The position numbers and the translations under genes were made by a program. From Desulfosudaceae bacterium (GTDB taxonomy: Bacteria; Desulfobacterota; Desulfobacteria; Desulfobacterales; Desulfosudaceae), in the NCBI GenBank assembly GCA_963674745.2, contig CAXXDV010000001.1, positions 1,760,001-1,824,000 on the forward strand: 64,000 nt of DNA, written 5' to 3'. The notes beneath the pieces are model-generated. The model was not told the DNA's origin and did no database searches. It saw only the letters and a program-made list of their open reading frames with translations. Position 1 is the first letter of the stretch. Every line of letters starts with the position of its first letter. Shown piece by piece: positions 1-10,355 of the stretch.

Positions 1-979
1 GCAGTACATCGGCCTCGGCACAGGCCTTGATGGCTGCTTCAACCTGTTCGAGAGTAATGCCTTTTTTAATCGTCTTGAGCATTTCCGGGTTGGCGGTTTC
101 CACCCCGAAGCTGACCGCTACACAGCCGGCTTGCTTCATTTTTTTCAAAAGCTCAGGGCTGACCAGGTCCACCCGGGCAAAAGAGGACCATTTGATGTTA
201 AGGTTCCGCCGCAGGATCTCATCGCACACGCCAAAACAGTGCGAGCGGCTGGCGGTAAAAAGATCATCGGCGATATTGATCTGATTGAAGTTCAAGCCCT
301 TCAGGTAAGCCAGTTCATCGACCACGGCAACCGGGTCCCGATAGCGGACTTTGGCGCCGACCATTTTTCGGCCCACGCAGAAGATGCACTTGAACGGACA
401 GCCCCGGCTGGTGGTCATGCTGACCGGCATGTTCAGGGCCCGGTACCGTCCCAGGGGGATCATGTGCCTGGCCGGCATGGGCAGGGCTTTTACATCAACC
501 GCGTATGGTTTGAATTCGGTGGTACGGATGGTGTCACCATCACGGAAGACAAGTCCCGGAACACGCCTCCAATCCCGATCACCGGCAATCGATTCGGCCA
601 GTTGTACAATGGTGTCATCACCTTCACCCAGTACGATCATGTCCAGTTCCGGCAACGCGTTCAGCGTATCGTCGGCGCACATGGACACATGCGGGCCGCC
701 CATCACCGTCACCATGGTTTCGTTTATGGCCTTGATATCGCGGACGATTATGGCGGCGTGATCAAAGGTCATGGTAACAGCAGTGATACCCACAAAGTCC
801 GGGGAAAAGGACTTCAGCTTTGCTTCCAGAAACTCTTTGCTGTAGGGAAAAACAACGCAATCGAGCAGGTCCACTTCCACACCGGCTTGCTCCAGAACAG
901 CGGCCAGGTAGGCCAGGCCCAGGGGCGGGGACGGGGTCTCGGAGATCGGGTAATGCGGGTTAATCAGTAAACATTTCAT
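1..979 (-). CDS. Cobalamin-binding radical SAM protein (3' end runs off the window)
   Basis: Hand translation of the minus strand from ATG 979: MKCLLINPHYPISETPSPPLGLAYLAAVL..., VMGGPH, GEGD, TSRGCPFKCIFC (CxxxCxxC), FGVET. Not in the ORF track because it is truncated. Confidence 0.9.
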   Translation of the reverse strand, partial: MKCLLINPHYPISETPSPPLGLAYLAAVLEQAGVEVDLLDCVVFPYSKEFLEAKLKSFSPDFVGITAVTMTFDHAAIIVRDIKAINETMVTVMGGPHVSMCADDTLNALPELDMIVLGEGDDTIVQLAESIAGDRDWRRVPGLVFRDGDTIRTTEFKPYAVDVKALPMPARHMIPLGRYRALNMPVSMTTSRGCPFKCIFCVGRKMVGAKVRYRDPVAVVDELAYLKGLNFNQINIADDLFTASRSHCFGVCDEILRRNLNIKWSSFARVDLVSPELLKKMKQAGCVAVSFGVETANPEMLKTIKKGITLEQVEAAIKACAEADVL

Positions 980-1008
980 GGCATTTTCAAGTCACTGACA
1001 CGTAATAC

Positions 1009-1149
1009 GTTTCCAATCCAGAAATGAGATTTTTTTCGCAAGGTCAAGGAAAACAAGGGCTGACGCGGAGGCGTACTGTTGTACGCCGCACAAGGAAGCC
1101 CGCAGTTTGACGCAGAGATTGCGGAAAAAGGCCATTTATGGATGGAAAC
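1009..1149. mobile_element. MITE-like element (about 141 bp) with imperfect terminal inverted repeats
   Basis: Left end GTTTCCAATCCAGAAATGAGATTTTTTTCGCAA versus reverse complement of the right end GTTTCCATCCATAAATGGCCTTTTTCCGCAA; central hairpin GCGTAC-TGTT-GTACGC; no ORF. Confidence 0.65.
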
Positions 1150-1152
1150 TGG

Positions 1153-1189
1153 AAAAAAGCAGGGCCCGGGAGGTAAACCCGGACCCTGC
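1153..1189 (-). terminator. Rho-independent terminator of fhs
   Basis: Minus strand GCAGGGTCCGGG-TTTACCT-CCCGGGCCCTGC followed by TTTTTT, about 30 nt after the fhs stop. Confidence 0.8.
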
Positions 1190-1217
1190 CTGTCAGCTTC
1201 AGAACAAATTCCCTGTA

Positions 1218-2981
1218 TTAGAACAGGCCGGATACCTTACCGGTAGCCGGATCAACGTCAATGCGACGGAAGGCCGGGTTGGAACCGGTTCCCGGCATCA
1301 GGCTGATGGTTCCCGCGCACGGGCACAGGAATTTGGCGCCGGAGTAAATCAGCACGTCGCGGATCGGCAGCCGCCATCCCTTGGGCACACCCTTTTTGAC
1401 CGGGTCGTGGGTAAGGGACAGATGGGTCTTGACCATCATGGTGGCGAAGTCGGCGTACTTGGGATCGTTTTCCAGCATTTCGGCCTTGGCCGTTGCTTCC
1501 GGAGCCCAGTCCACACCGTCGGCACCGTAAACTTCCTTGGCGATCTTGTCAACGCGGTCTCGCAGCTTCATATCCAGCGGATACAGGAAGTCAAAGTCGT
1601 TTCCTTCTTCACAGGCGTCGATAACGGCATCGGCAAATTCAAGGGCGCCTTCGCCGCCTTTTTCCCAGTGTTTGGACTCGGCGCAACGGGCGCCGGCAGC
1701 CTCGGCCGCCTTTTTAACGATGGCGACTTCGGCATCGGTGTCGGTGTAGAAGCGGTTGACGCACACAACCGGGTTGATACCGGCTTTGCGGATAACGCCG
1801 ATCATGTGAACCATGTTTTCCACGCCCTTTTCCACCAGTTCCAGGTTCTCTTTGGTGTAGGCGTCGTCAAGGGCTTTACCGGCCACAACCTTGGGCCCGC
1901 CGCCGTGCATTTTCAGGGCGCGGATGGTCGCGGTCAGAACGGAAACATGCGGTTTCAGTCCGGAGAACCGGCATTTGACGTTCCAGAATTTTTCAAAACC
2001 GATGTCAGCGGCAAAACCGGACTCGGTGACGTGGTAATCAAAGCATTTCAGGCCGACACGGTCGGCGATAATGGAGCTCTGACCAACGGCGATGTTGGCG
2101 AACGGACCGGCGTGCACAAAGCAGGGCTGATATTCGGCGGTGCACATCAGGGTCGGGTTGATGGTGTTACGCATGAAAGCCGCCATGGCGTTGCCCACTT
2201 CCAGGTCACCACAGGTAACCGGCTTGCCGTCTTTGGAGAAAGCCACGGTGATCTTGTTGATACGATCCTTCAGGTCGGCCAGATCGGTGGCCACGGCCAG
2301 GATGGCCATCAGCTCGGAACCAACCGCGATACCGAACTTGGACTGCATGGTGTAACCGTCGAAACGGCCGCCAAGGCCGATGACGATGTTGCGCAGGGCC
2401 TGGGCGCAGAAGTCGATGATCCAGCCGAACTCCACCCGGGTCGGGTCGATGTCCAGACGGCGCATGCCGGTCAGTCGCTGGAGTTGCTCATCATTATAGT
2501 TACGCTCATGCTGCATACGGGCGGTCATGGCGACCATACCCAGGTTGTGAGCGTTCATGATGTCGTTTATGTCACCGGTCAGACCCAGTGAAAACTCGGT
2601 CATGGGGATCAGCAGTGAGTTGCCGCCGCCGGCCGCGGTGCCTTTAACGTTCATGGTCGGGCCGCCAGAAGGCTGACGCAGGGCGCCGCCCACGTTTTTG
2701 CCACGCTTGCCAAGGCCTTCCATCAGACCTACGGAAGTGGTGCTTTTGCCCTCGCCCAGGGGGGTCGGGGTGATAGCGGTAACCTCGATGTACTTTCCAT
2801 CGGGTTTGTCCTTAAGACGGTCGATCACCTTGAGAAAGTCAATCTTTGCAAGGCGTCCCATGGGGAGCATTTCATCTTTCTGCAGCCCTAGTTTTTCCTG
2901 CCACTCTTCGGGCATGGGCATGTTTTTTTCCGCTTCTTCGGAAATCTGCCAGTCGGCCATTTTTGTTGCGTCGTAAGCCAT
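1218..2981 (-). CDS. fhs: Formate--tetrahydrofolate ligase
   Basis: [54 protein letters not shown] motifs; 587 aa; GGAGG RBS. Confidence 0.97.
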   Translation of the reverse strand: MAYDATKMADWQISEEAEKNMPMPEEWQEKLGLQKDEMLPMGRLAKIDFLKVIDRLKDKPDGKYIEVTAITPTPLGEGKSTTSVGLMEGLGKRGKNVGGALRQPSGGPTMNVKGTAAGGGNSLLIPMTEFSLGLTGDINDIMNAHNLGMVAMTARMQHERNYNDEQLQRLTGMRRLDIDPTRVEFGWIIDFCAQALRNIVIGLGGRFDGYTMQSKFGIAVGSELMAILAVATDLADLKDRINKITVAFSKDGKPVTCGDLEVGNAMAAFMRNTINPTLMCTAEYQPCFVHAGPFANIAVGQSSIIADRVGLKCFDYHVTESGFAADIGFEKFWNVKCRFSGLKPHVSVLTATIRALKMHGGGPKVVAGKALDDAYTKENLELVEKGVENMVHMIGVIRKAGINPVVCVNRFYTDTDAEVAIVKKAAEAAGARCAESKHWEKGGEGALEFADAVIDACEEGNDFDFLYPLDMKLRDRVDKIAKEVYGADGVDWAPEATAKAEMLENDPKYADFATMMVKTHLSLTHDPVKKGVPKGWRLPIRDVLIYSGAKFLCPCAGTISLMPGTGSNPAFRRIDVDPATGKVSGLF

Positions 2982-3302
2982 AGTTCCTCCTTAATGAATT
3001 AACCTGTTGCCAAAAATAAAAACAAAAAACCTAATTTAAAGCACGTCTAAACTCCTCTAACCATCTAATATGGTTAGAACTATTTGCATCAAAGCATGTA
3101 CGGAAAAAACAACAAAAAACAGCCTACCATCCTGATTTTTTTAAAGCAATTCTTTTTTACAATATTTACGATCCTCCGGTCAGCCTTTGAATGAAAAACT
3201 GCTGGCTTTTGCCATAAAAGTTGTTATATTTTAGATGATTTAAACGTTCGTGATGAAAACCGGCCGGAAAATCCGGTTTGTATAAAAATAGTGGATCTGT
3301 TT

Positions 3303-4760
3303 ATGGCGGTTTTAAAAAAGGAAAAGGCGGCACCGGCACTGTCTGAAAACCAGAAGGCGCTGCTCAAATCGGTGCCCGGTGTCGATACCGTTCTGGAATT
3401 GTTGAAAAAAGACAGAGGACTGGATGGTGTGCCGACGTCTGTTCTGACTGAATCGGTTCGGGCCGTTGTGGCGGAGTTCCGGGCGGCGCTTCTGGCGGCA
3501 GACGGGAATATATCGGCTGAAACCTTTTCTGCGGAAAAAGCGGCCCAAAAGGCGGCGCAAAAGGCCCACCAGGCCATGATGCCGAACCTTCAGCGAGTCA
3601 TTAACGCCACCGGCGTGGTCATCCATACCAACCTGGGCCGGTCCCTGCTGTCCCAAAAAGCGGCCGATCACCTGGTGAGTGTGGCCACCGGGTATTCCAA
3701 CCTGGAATTCGATCTGGCTTTGGGTAAACGGGGCATCCGTTACGCCTGCGTGGAGGACCTGCTGTGTGAACTTTCCGGAGCCGAAGCGGCCATGGCGGTG
3801 AATAATAATGCCGGGGCGGTGCTGCTGGCCCTGGAAAGCCTGGCCAAGGGCCGGGAAGTGATCGTTTCCCGCGGGGAACTGGTTGAAATCGGCGGTTCTT
3901 TCCGCATCCCCGACGTGATGAAAAAAAGCGGGGCCATTTTAAGGGAGGTGGGCACCACCAACCGGACCCACCTGCGGGATTATGAAAATGCCATTACCGA
4001 AAACACGGCCCTGTTGATGAAGGTTCATACCAGCAATTACAGCATGGTCGGGTTTACCGCGGAAGTTTCTATGAAAGATATGGTCGCCCTGGGTAAAAAA
4101 CACGGTCTGCCCGTGATAAACGACCTGGGCAGCGGTACCCTGGTGGATTTCAGCCAATATGGTCTTGCCTATGAACCCACCGTGGGCGAGGCGGTGGCCG
4201 CCGGCGCCGATGTGGTCACCTTCAGCGGCGACAAACTGCTGGGCGGTCCCCAGACCGGGATCATCCTGGGGAAAAAGGAACACCTGGCGACACTCAAGCA
4301 AAACCCCCTGACCCGGGCCCTTCGTATCGACAAATTGACTCTGGCCGCCCTGGAAATGACCTTGAGAGATTACCGGGACCTGGACAAGGCCGTGGATGCC
4401 ATTCCGACGCTGAAGATGATTATCATGCCGGCCGGGCAGGTCCTTGAAAAATGTGAAAAACTGGCGGAACTGTTTTCTTCACTGAATGACGCCCGCCTGA
4501 AGACTGAAATCGTGGACGGTGTCTCCCGCACCGGCGGCGGTTCTTTCCCTTTGCTTGATATCCCCACCAGGTGCGTGGCTGTCAAAATCAAGGGAATGTC
4601 GGCTGCCCGGCTGGAAACCGCCCTGCGCCGTGCCCGGCCGCCGGTTATCGGCAGGATTGAAAAAGAGACCTTTCTGATGGATTTGAGAACCGTGGCTGAT
4701 GATGAAATTTTCCTGATCAAAGAGACCTTTGAACACCTTCTGAACCAATTGACGTCATGA
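3303..4760 (+). CDS. selA: L-seryl-tRNA(Sec) selenium transferase
   Basis: VINATGVVIHTNLGRS, VNNNAGAV, SRGELVEIGGSFRIPDVM, EVGTTNRTH, FSGDKLLGGPQ (PLP lysine). The start could be GTG 3291. Confidence 0.96.
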   Translation: MAVLKKEKAAPALSENQKALLKSVPGVDTVLELLKKDRGLDGVPTSVLTESVRAVVAEFRAALLAADGNISAETFSAEKAAQKAAQKAHQAMMPNLQRVINATGVVIHTNLGRSLLSQKAADHLVSVATGYSNLEFDLALGKRGIRYACVEDLLCELSGAEAAMAVNNNAGAVLLALESLAKGREVIVSRGELVEIGGSFRIPDVMKKSGAILREVGTTNRTHLRDYENAITENTALLMKVHTSNYSMVGFTAEVSMKDMVALGKKHGLPVINDLGSGTLVDFSQYGLAYEPTVGEAVAAGADVVTFSGDKLLGGPQTGIILGKKEHLATLKQNPLTRALRIDKLTLAALEMTLRDYRDLDKAVDAIPTLKMIIMPAGQVLEKCEKLAELFSSLNDARLKTEIVDGVSRTGGGSFPLLDIPTRCVAVKIKGMSAARLETALRRARPPVIGRIEKETFLMDLRTVADDEIFLIKETFEHLLNQLTS

Positions 4761-4812
4761 CCCGGCCACGTCGGAAATCACGTATATTATAGAAATACAA
4801 GGAGTTTGAACT

Positions 4813-5046
4813 ATGCCAATTTTTGAATATCAATGCCAAACCTGCGGAAAACGCTTTGAATCCATTGTCATCGGCGGTGAAGAGCCGACCACCTGTGAAC
4901 ATTGCGGTGACAAGAAAATCCAGAAACTCATGTCCGCCTGTGGTTTTCACACCAAGGACAAAAGCGGCCTGACAGTCAAGAGTTCACCGGCTGCCGCCTC
5001 ATCCTGCGCCGGGTGCACGGCCTCGTCGTGCGCTTCCTGCCGCTAG
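4813..5046 (+). CDS. FmdB-family zinc-ribbon protein
   Basis: MPIFEYQCQTCGKRFE...CEHCG...KLMS with a C-terminal CxxC...CxxC; AAGGAG RBS. Confidence 0.88.
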   Translation: MPIFEYQCQTCGKRFESIVIGGEEPTTCEHCGDKKIQKLMSACGFHTKDKSGLTVKSSPAAASSCAGCTASSCASCR

Positions 5047-5055
5047 GGGGCGCTT

Positions 5056-5988
5056 ATGTCGGCAGATGCGCAACTTGTAAAAATCGGTACCAGGGGCAGC
5101 AAGCTGGCCCTGTGGCAGGCGAATTGGGTCAAGGACAGGCTCGAAGAGAACAATCCGGGCCTGTCCGTCGAACTGGTCATTATTAAAACCAGCGGGGATA
5201 AAATCCTGGATGTGCCGCTGGCCAACATCGGCGGCAAGGGCCTGTTCGTCAAAGAGATTGAAGAAGCCCTGATGGACGGTCGTATCGATCTGGCCGTGCA
5301 CAGCATGAAGGACATGCCGGCCGAGCTGCCGGAAGGGTTGATCATCGGTGCCGTGCCCGAGCGGGAAACCCCGTTTGACGCCCTGATTTCAAGGGGTGGT
5401 ATTTGTTTTTCCGACCTGCCGGAAGGGGCTGATCTTGGCACCAGCAGTCTGCGGCGGGCGGCCCAGATTCAGCATCTTCGTCCGGACATCACCATTGTTC
5501 CCCTGAGGGGCAATATCGATACCCGGCTGGCCAAACTCGAACGCGGAGAAATGGCGGCCATTATTCTGGCCTCGGCCGGGTTGACGCGACTGGGGCTGGC
5601 CGAAAAAATAACCGAGCAACTGGATGAAACAACCATGCTGCCGGCCGTGGCCCAGGGCGCCCTGTGTATTGAAACCCGGGAAAACGATTCCGAGGTCGAC
5701 AAACTGGTCGGTACCATCAACCATGGCAAAACGCATACGGCCGTTGTTGCCGAGCGCGCTTTTTTAAAACGGCTGGAAGGCGGATGCCAGGTGCCCATCG
5801 CCGCTTTGGCTAAAATAGATGGTGAGGCGATTTCCATGGACGGCCTGGTAGCGGATGTGGACGGCAGCAAGATCTTCCGCGAACAGATCAGCGGGTCAAC
5901 CGGCGCCGCCGCCGCCCTCGGCACGGAACTGGCCGAACGGCTGCTCTCTAAAGGGGCGGATGTGATTTTGACGAAATTGATGGATTAG
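5056..5988 (+). CDS. hemC: Hydroxymethylbilane synthase (porphobilinogen deaminase)
   Basis: IGTRGSKLALWQA, GGKGLFVKEIE, AVHSMKD, GTSSLRR, LEGGCQVPI. Confidence 0.97.
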   Translation: MSADAQLVKIGTRGSKLALWQANWVKDRLEENNPGLSVELVIIKTSGDKILDVPLANIGGKGLFVKEIEEALMDGRIDLAVHSMKDMPAELPEGLIIGAVPERETPFDALISRGGICFSDLPEGADLGTSSLRRAAQIQHLRPDITIVPLRGNIDTRLAKLERGEMAAIILASAGLTRLGLAEKITEQLDETTMLPAVAQGALCIETRENDSEVDKLVGTINHGKTHTAVVAERAFLKRLEGGCQVPIAALAKIDGEAISMDGLVADVDGSKIFREQISGSTGAAAALGTELAERLLSKGADVILTKLMD

Positions 5989-6011
5989 TACTTGAGGAAA
6001 CGGATAAACAT

Positions 6012-7538
6012 ATGACAGGTAAAGTATATTTGATCGGGGCCGGACCGGGTGACCCGGACCTCATCACCGTCAAAGGGGTGGAATGCATCCGCAGGGCCGA
6101 CGTGGTGGTCTATGACTACCTGGCCGCGGACCAGCTTCTGACCTACAGCCGCAAAGACGCGGAAATTATTTATGTCGGCAAGAAGGGCGGGGACCATACC
6201 CTGCCCCAGGAAGGGATTAACGCCCTTATCGCCGACAAGGCCGCCGAAGGCAACGTTGTCGCCCGGCTCAAGGGCGGTGACCCTTTTATCTTCGGCCGCG
6301 GTGGTGAAGAAGCCGAGTACCTGGTGGAACGGGGCATCCCCTTTGAAATCGTGCCCGGCGTCACCTCGGCCATTGCCGCGCCGGCCCATGCCGGTATTCC
6401 CCTGACCCATCGGGATTTTACCTCTTCGGTCTGCCTGGTGACCGGGCATGAAAAACCGGGCAAGGAAACGTCCAGCATCAACTGGCAGGCCCTGGTCGAC
6501 CTGGGCGGAACACTGGTATTTTTGATGGGGGTCAAGAACCTGCCCAACATCACCGAACAGCTCATGACCCACGGTATGGCGGCTGATATGCCGGTGGCCC
6601 TGGTCCGCTGGGGCTCTACACCGGAGCAGCAGACCGTGACCGGCACCCTGGCCGATATTGTCAGGATCGTTGAACAGGTCGGTTTAAAAGCCCCCTGTAT
6701 TATTGTCGTCGGCGCGGTGGTCGGCCTTCGCGAGACCATTTCCTGGTTCGAGAACCGCCCGTTGTTCGGCAAACGGATTGTGGTTACCCGTGCCCGGGCA
6801 CAGGCCAGCAATTTCGTCAAAATGCTGACGGAAAAAGGCGCCGACTGCCTGGAGTGCCCGACCATCCGGATCGAGGCGCCGGACGATTATTCACAACTGG
6901 ACAAAAGTCTGGATAACCTGTCGACTTATGATTGGCTGGTGTTTACCAGCGTCAACGGGGTTGACTTTTTTTTTGACCGGCTGTTTGACCGGGGAATGGA
7001 TGTCCGGGCCCTGCACCACATCAGCACGGCCGTTATCGGCCCGGCCACCCGTGATCGTTTGATGGGGTTCGGTATCAAGGCCGACATCATGCCGGACAGT
7101 TACCGGGCCGAATCCGTGGTCGAGGCCTTTGCGTCCCTGGACATGAAGGGTAAAAAGGTGCTGTTGCCCCGGGCAGCCGAAGCCCGGTATGTGCTTCCAA
7201 AAGAATTGACGGCCATGGGTGCCGGGGTGGATGAGATCCCGGTTTATTACACCCGCCAGGACGCGTCGGCCGCCGAAACCCTGCTGACAGCACTGGAAGC
7301 CCGCCAGGTGGACGCGGTCACTTTTACCAGCTCTTCCACGGTAAAAAATTTCAAAGCCCTGCTGCCGGCCGACAAAGCGGAAGTCGATCGCCTGCTGGAA
7401 GGGGTCGCCCTGGTCTCCATCGGCCCGATCACAAGCGAAACAGCCGAACAGGAAGGCTTTACGGTGGCCGTAACCGCCGACGAATACACCATTGAGGGAC
7501 TGACTGAAACAATTACCCGGTTTTTCTCATTGGGATAG
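6012..7538 (+). CDS. cobA: Fused uroporphyrinogen-III C-methyltransferase / uroporphyrinogen-III synthase (CobA-HemD)
   Basis: N-terminal GAGPGDPDLIT and RLKGGDPFIFGRGGEE; C-terminal VVTRARAQ, FTSVNGV, FTSSSTV, SIGPIT. Confidence 0.95.
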   Translation: MTGKVYLIGAGPGDPDLITVKGVECIRRADVVVYDYLAADQLLTYSRKDAEIIYVGKKGGDHTLPQEGINALIADKAAEGNVVARLKGGDPFIFGRGGEEAEYLVERGIPFEIVPGVTSAIAAPAHAGIPLTHRDFTSSVCLVTGHEKPGKETSSINWQALVDLGGTLVFLMGVKNLPNITEQLMTHGMAADMPVALVRWGSTPEQQTVTGTLADIVRIVEQVGLKAPCIIVVGAVVGLRETISWFENRPLFGKRIVVTRARAQASNFVKMLTEKGADCLECPTIRIEAPDDYSQLDKSLDNLSTYDWLVFTSVNGVDFFFDRLFDRGMDVRALHHISTAVIGPATRDRLMGFGIKADIMPDSYRAESVVEAFASLDMKGKKVLLPRAAEARYVLPKELTAMGAGVDEIPVYYTRQDASAAETLLTALEARQVDAVTFTSSSTVKNFKALLPADKAEVDRLLEGVALVSIGPITSETAEQEGFTVAVTADEYTIEGLTETITRFFSLG

Positions 7539-7589
7539 TTGTAAAACTTCATTTTTTTAATACGGACCAGCCAAATAAAGGGGAAACTT

Positions 7590-9716
7590 ATGGACAAATT
7601 AAACGCCATCTTCGCGCCCAAATCCGTTGCCGTCATCGGCGCTTCCACCACCCCCGGAAAGGTAGGCCACGACCTGTTTGAAAATATTTTAGACGGCCAT
7701 TTCCAGGGGACCCTTTATCCCGTCAACCCCAAAGCCGATGCCATCCTCTGCGTCAAGGCCTATCCCAGCGTACTGGCCATACCGGACCCGGTGGACCTGG
7801 CCATGATTATCCTGCCACCCGTGGCCGCGCTCAAGGCTATTGACGATTGCATTACCAAAAAGGTCAAGGGCGTGGTGATTGTATCGGCCGGTTTTAAGGA
7901 AGTGGGCGGGGAAGGCAAGCAGATCGAAGATAAGATTGCCCGGCGCTGTAAAAAAGCCGGTATCCCCCTGGTCGGCCCCAACTGCCTGGGCGTGATCAAC
8001 CCCAAGGAAAAGGTCCGCTTAAATGCCAGTTTTTCGTCCCGCATGCCCCGGACCGGCAATATTTCCTTTATTTCCCAGAGCGGGGCCCTGTGCACGGCGG
8101 TGCTGGATTTTGCAGCCGACATGGGCGTGGGCTTCTCAAAGTTTATTTCCACCGGTAACAAGGCGGATGTGGATGAGCTTGAACTGCTCAAGTATCTGCA
8201 CAAGGACAGAGACACCGACGTCATCATGATGTACATGGAAGAACTCAAGCGGGGCGGTCAGGAATTTATCGATACCGTCCGGGATATCACTTCGGGCAGG
8301 AACCCGACGCCCATTCTGGCCATTAAGTCGGGCCGGACCGGTGCCGGCGCGGCTGCGGCCTCTTCCCACACGGGCTCCATTGCCGGGTCCGAAGGCGTGT
8401 ATGACGCCATTTTTGCCGAGACCGGCATCATCCGGGTTGAGTCGGTCAACGAACTGTTTGATTATGCCGGTGCCTTTGCCGCCAAGAAATTTCCCCGGGG
8501 AAAACGCATCGCCATTGTCACCAATGCCGGTGGTCCGGGTATCGTGGCTACCGATATGACCGAGGTCAGCGGGCTGGAACTGGCCCGGTTTTCTCCGGAA
8601 ACGACCGAAACCCTGGCCAGCCACCTGCCGCCCACGGCCAATATCCATAACCCGGTGGACATCATCGGTGACGCCGACCCCGAGCGTTACCAGAATGCCC
8701 TGGAAGCGGTCATCAAAGACGAACAGACCGACAGTGCCCTGGTCATCCTTACGCCCCAGTCCATGACCAATGCCATCAAGGTGGCCAAAGTGATTTCAAA
8801 AATTGCCAAACTCACACCCAAGCCGGTTGTGTGCTCCTTTATGGGCGTGGTGGATGTATCCGAGGGTGTAAAACATCTTCAGGACAGTCACATTCCGGTT
8901 TATCGCTTCCCGGAAAACGCGGCCAAGGCCATCGGCGCCCTTTATCGATCCGAACAGTGGGTGCACCGCCAGAAGCTGGCCCAGTTCAAATTGTCGCACA
9001 ATAAAAAACGCGCCCGGGAGATCATCACCACCTGCCGCAAAAACGGTCAGACCTATATCGCGGAACTGGAAGGCAATGCCATTCTGGAATGTTATGGATT
9101 TCCGGTGCTGCCCACCGTTCTGGCTGAAGACGCGGACAAGGCAGTAAAGATTGCCGAAGATATGGGATACCCGGTGGTCATGAAAATCGTCTCGCCGCAG
9201 ATTATCCATAAGTCAGAGGCGGATGGTGTGCGGGTGGGGTTGAAAACCGGTGAAGAGGTGCGGGCCGCTTTTGAGACAATTGTTAAAAACGCGCAAGGTT
9301 ATGACCCCAAGGCGACAATTCGGGGCGTGCTGGTGCAGAAGCTGGCCCCAAAGGGTGAGGAAGTCATCCTGGGTATCAATCGTTACCCGGGATTCGGTCA
9401 TTTAATCATGTTCGGGCTGGGCGGTATTTTTGTCGAATTGTTCAAGGACGTTGTTTTCCGCCTGGCGCCCATCGGCCGGAACAATGCCGTCAGAATGATC
9501 AGGAACATCCGATCGTTCCCCATGTTGGATGGTTTCCGGGGCAAGCCCAAACGGGATATCGCGGCGCTGCAGAAGATGCTGGTCAGCCTGTCCGATATGG
9601 TCATGGACAACCCGGAAATCGTGGAACTGGATATCAATCCCCTGATTGTGCATGAACAGGGCAAGGGCGCTACCGTGGCCGACCTGCGGATCATCGTCGA
9701 TCCGCCGGCCAAATGA
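7590..9716 (+). CDS. NDP-forming acyl-CoA synthetase (acetate--CoA ligase family), CoA-binding domain first and ATP-grasp last
   Basis: PKSVAVIGAS, GPNCLG, SQSGA, AASSHTGS (phospho-His), HKSEADGV, ELDINPL. Confidence 0.9.
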   Translation: MDKLNAIFAPKSVAVIGASTTPGKVGHDLFENILDGHFQGTLYPVNPKADAILCVKAYPSVLAIPDPVDLAMIILPPVAALKAIDDCITKKVKGVVIVSAGFKEVGGEGKQIEDKIARRCKKAGIPLVGPNCLGVINPKEKVRLNASFSSRMPRTGNISFISQSGALCTAVLDFAADMGVGFSKFISTGNKADVDELELLKYLHKDRDTDVIMMYMEELKRGGQEFIDTVRDITSGRNPTPILAIKSGRTGAGAAAASSHTGSIAGSEGVYDAIFAETGIIRVESVNELFDYAGAFAAKKFPRGKRIAIVTNAGGPGIVATDMTEVSGLELARFSPETTETLASHLPPTANIHNPVDIIGDADPERYQNALEAVIKDEQTDSALVILTPQSMTNAIKVAKVISKIAKLTPKPVVCSFMGVVDVSEGVKHLQDSHIPVYRFPENAAKAIGALYRSEQWVHRQKLAQFKLSHNKKRAREIITTCRKNGQTYIAELEGNAILECYGFPVLPTVLAEDADKAVKIAEDMGYPVVMKIVSPQIIHKSEADGVRVGLKTGEEVRAAFETIVKNAQGYDPKATIRGVLVQKLAPKGEEVILGINRYPGFGHLIMFGLGGIFVELFKDVVFRLAPIGRNNAVRMIRNIRSFPMLDGFRGKPKRDIAALQKMLVSLSDMVMDNPEIVELDINPLIVHEQGKGATVADLRIIVDPPAK

Positions 9717-9737
9717 TAATCGCCGGACAAGCAAGTC

Positions 9738-10352
9738 ATGAATGTCCTTTACCCTGTTATCATGGCCGTGCCGGAGGCGCTTGCACGATTGCCCCGCCCG
9801 GAAGCACAGCGCGCTTTGAGCCGTTTGGCCAGGCAGCCCCTGGCCTTGTCGGCGCTGAAAAAGGGCGTTCGGCTTCCGGCTGTGCTTGAAAAAAGCCGGC
9901 AGGGTGCACCCCTGCCGGCAGACGACCTTTGGTGGTCGGTAACGCACAAGCCGGAATTTGTGGCCGGTGTCGTCTCGTTTCGACAAACCGGAATTGATGT
10001 TGAAAAAATCGTCCCGGTCTCATCGGGACTTTTTAAAAAAATCGTCAGCCCGGAAGAACAATCTTTTTTTGACTGCAATCCCCAAACCGTTTTTTTCAGA
10101 TGCTGGACCGCCAAGGAAGCCGTGCTCAAAGCCGAAGGAAAAGGGCTGGCCGGACTGAACCGGTGCCGGATTGATGATGTGCTGGACGATTCATGCCTGA
10201 CGGTTACCTTTGACAACACCCGCTGGCTGGTGGAACAGTGGCCGTTCAACGGTCACCTGGCGGCTGTTGTAAAAGAAAAGACGGACCGTGTTCAATGGAC
10301 GATGCTGGACGCTGATGAAAACGAGATACGAACACTTTGTGCAAGTGAATAG
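9738..10352 (+). CDS. 4'-phosphopantetheinyl transferase (Sfp-like)
   Basis: SVTH, GIDVE and FFRCWTAKEAVLKAEGKGL signatures. Confidence 0.88.
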   Translation: MNVLYPVIMAVPEALARLPRPEAQRALSRLARQPLALSALKKGVRLPAVLEKSRQGAPLPADDLWWSVTHKPEFVAGVVSFRQTGIDVEKIVPVSSGLFKKIVSPEEQSFFDCNPQTVFFRCWTAKEAVLKAEGKGLAGLNRCRIDDVLDDSCLTVTFDNTRWLVEQWPFNGHLAAVVKEKTDRVQWTMLDADENEIRTLCASE

Positions 10353-10355
10353 GCC

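Noticed and set aside
1107..2591. 494-aa plus-strand ORF (and similar ones such as 131-970, 24006-24830, 43843-44691)
   Set aside because: Antisense shadows of well-supported genes; no recognisable motifs.
2982..3290. ZTP or THF riboswitch upstream of fhs
   Set aside because: The region is AT-rich and lacks the conserved elements of either family.
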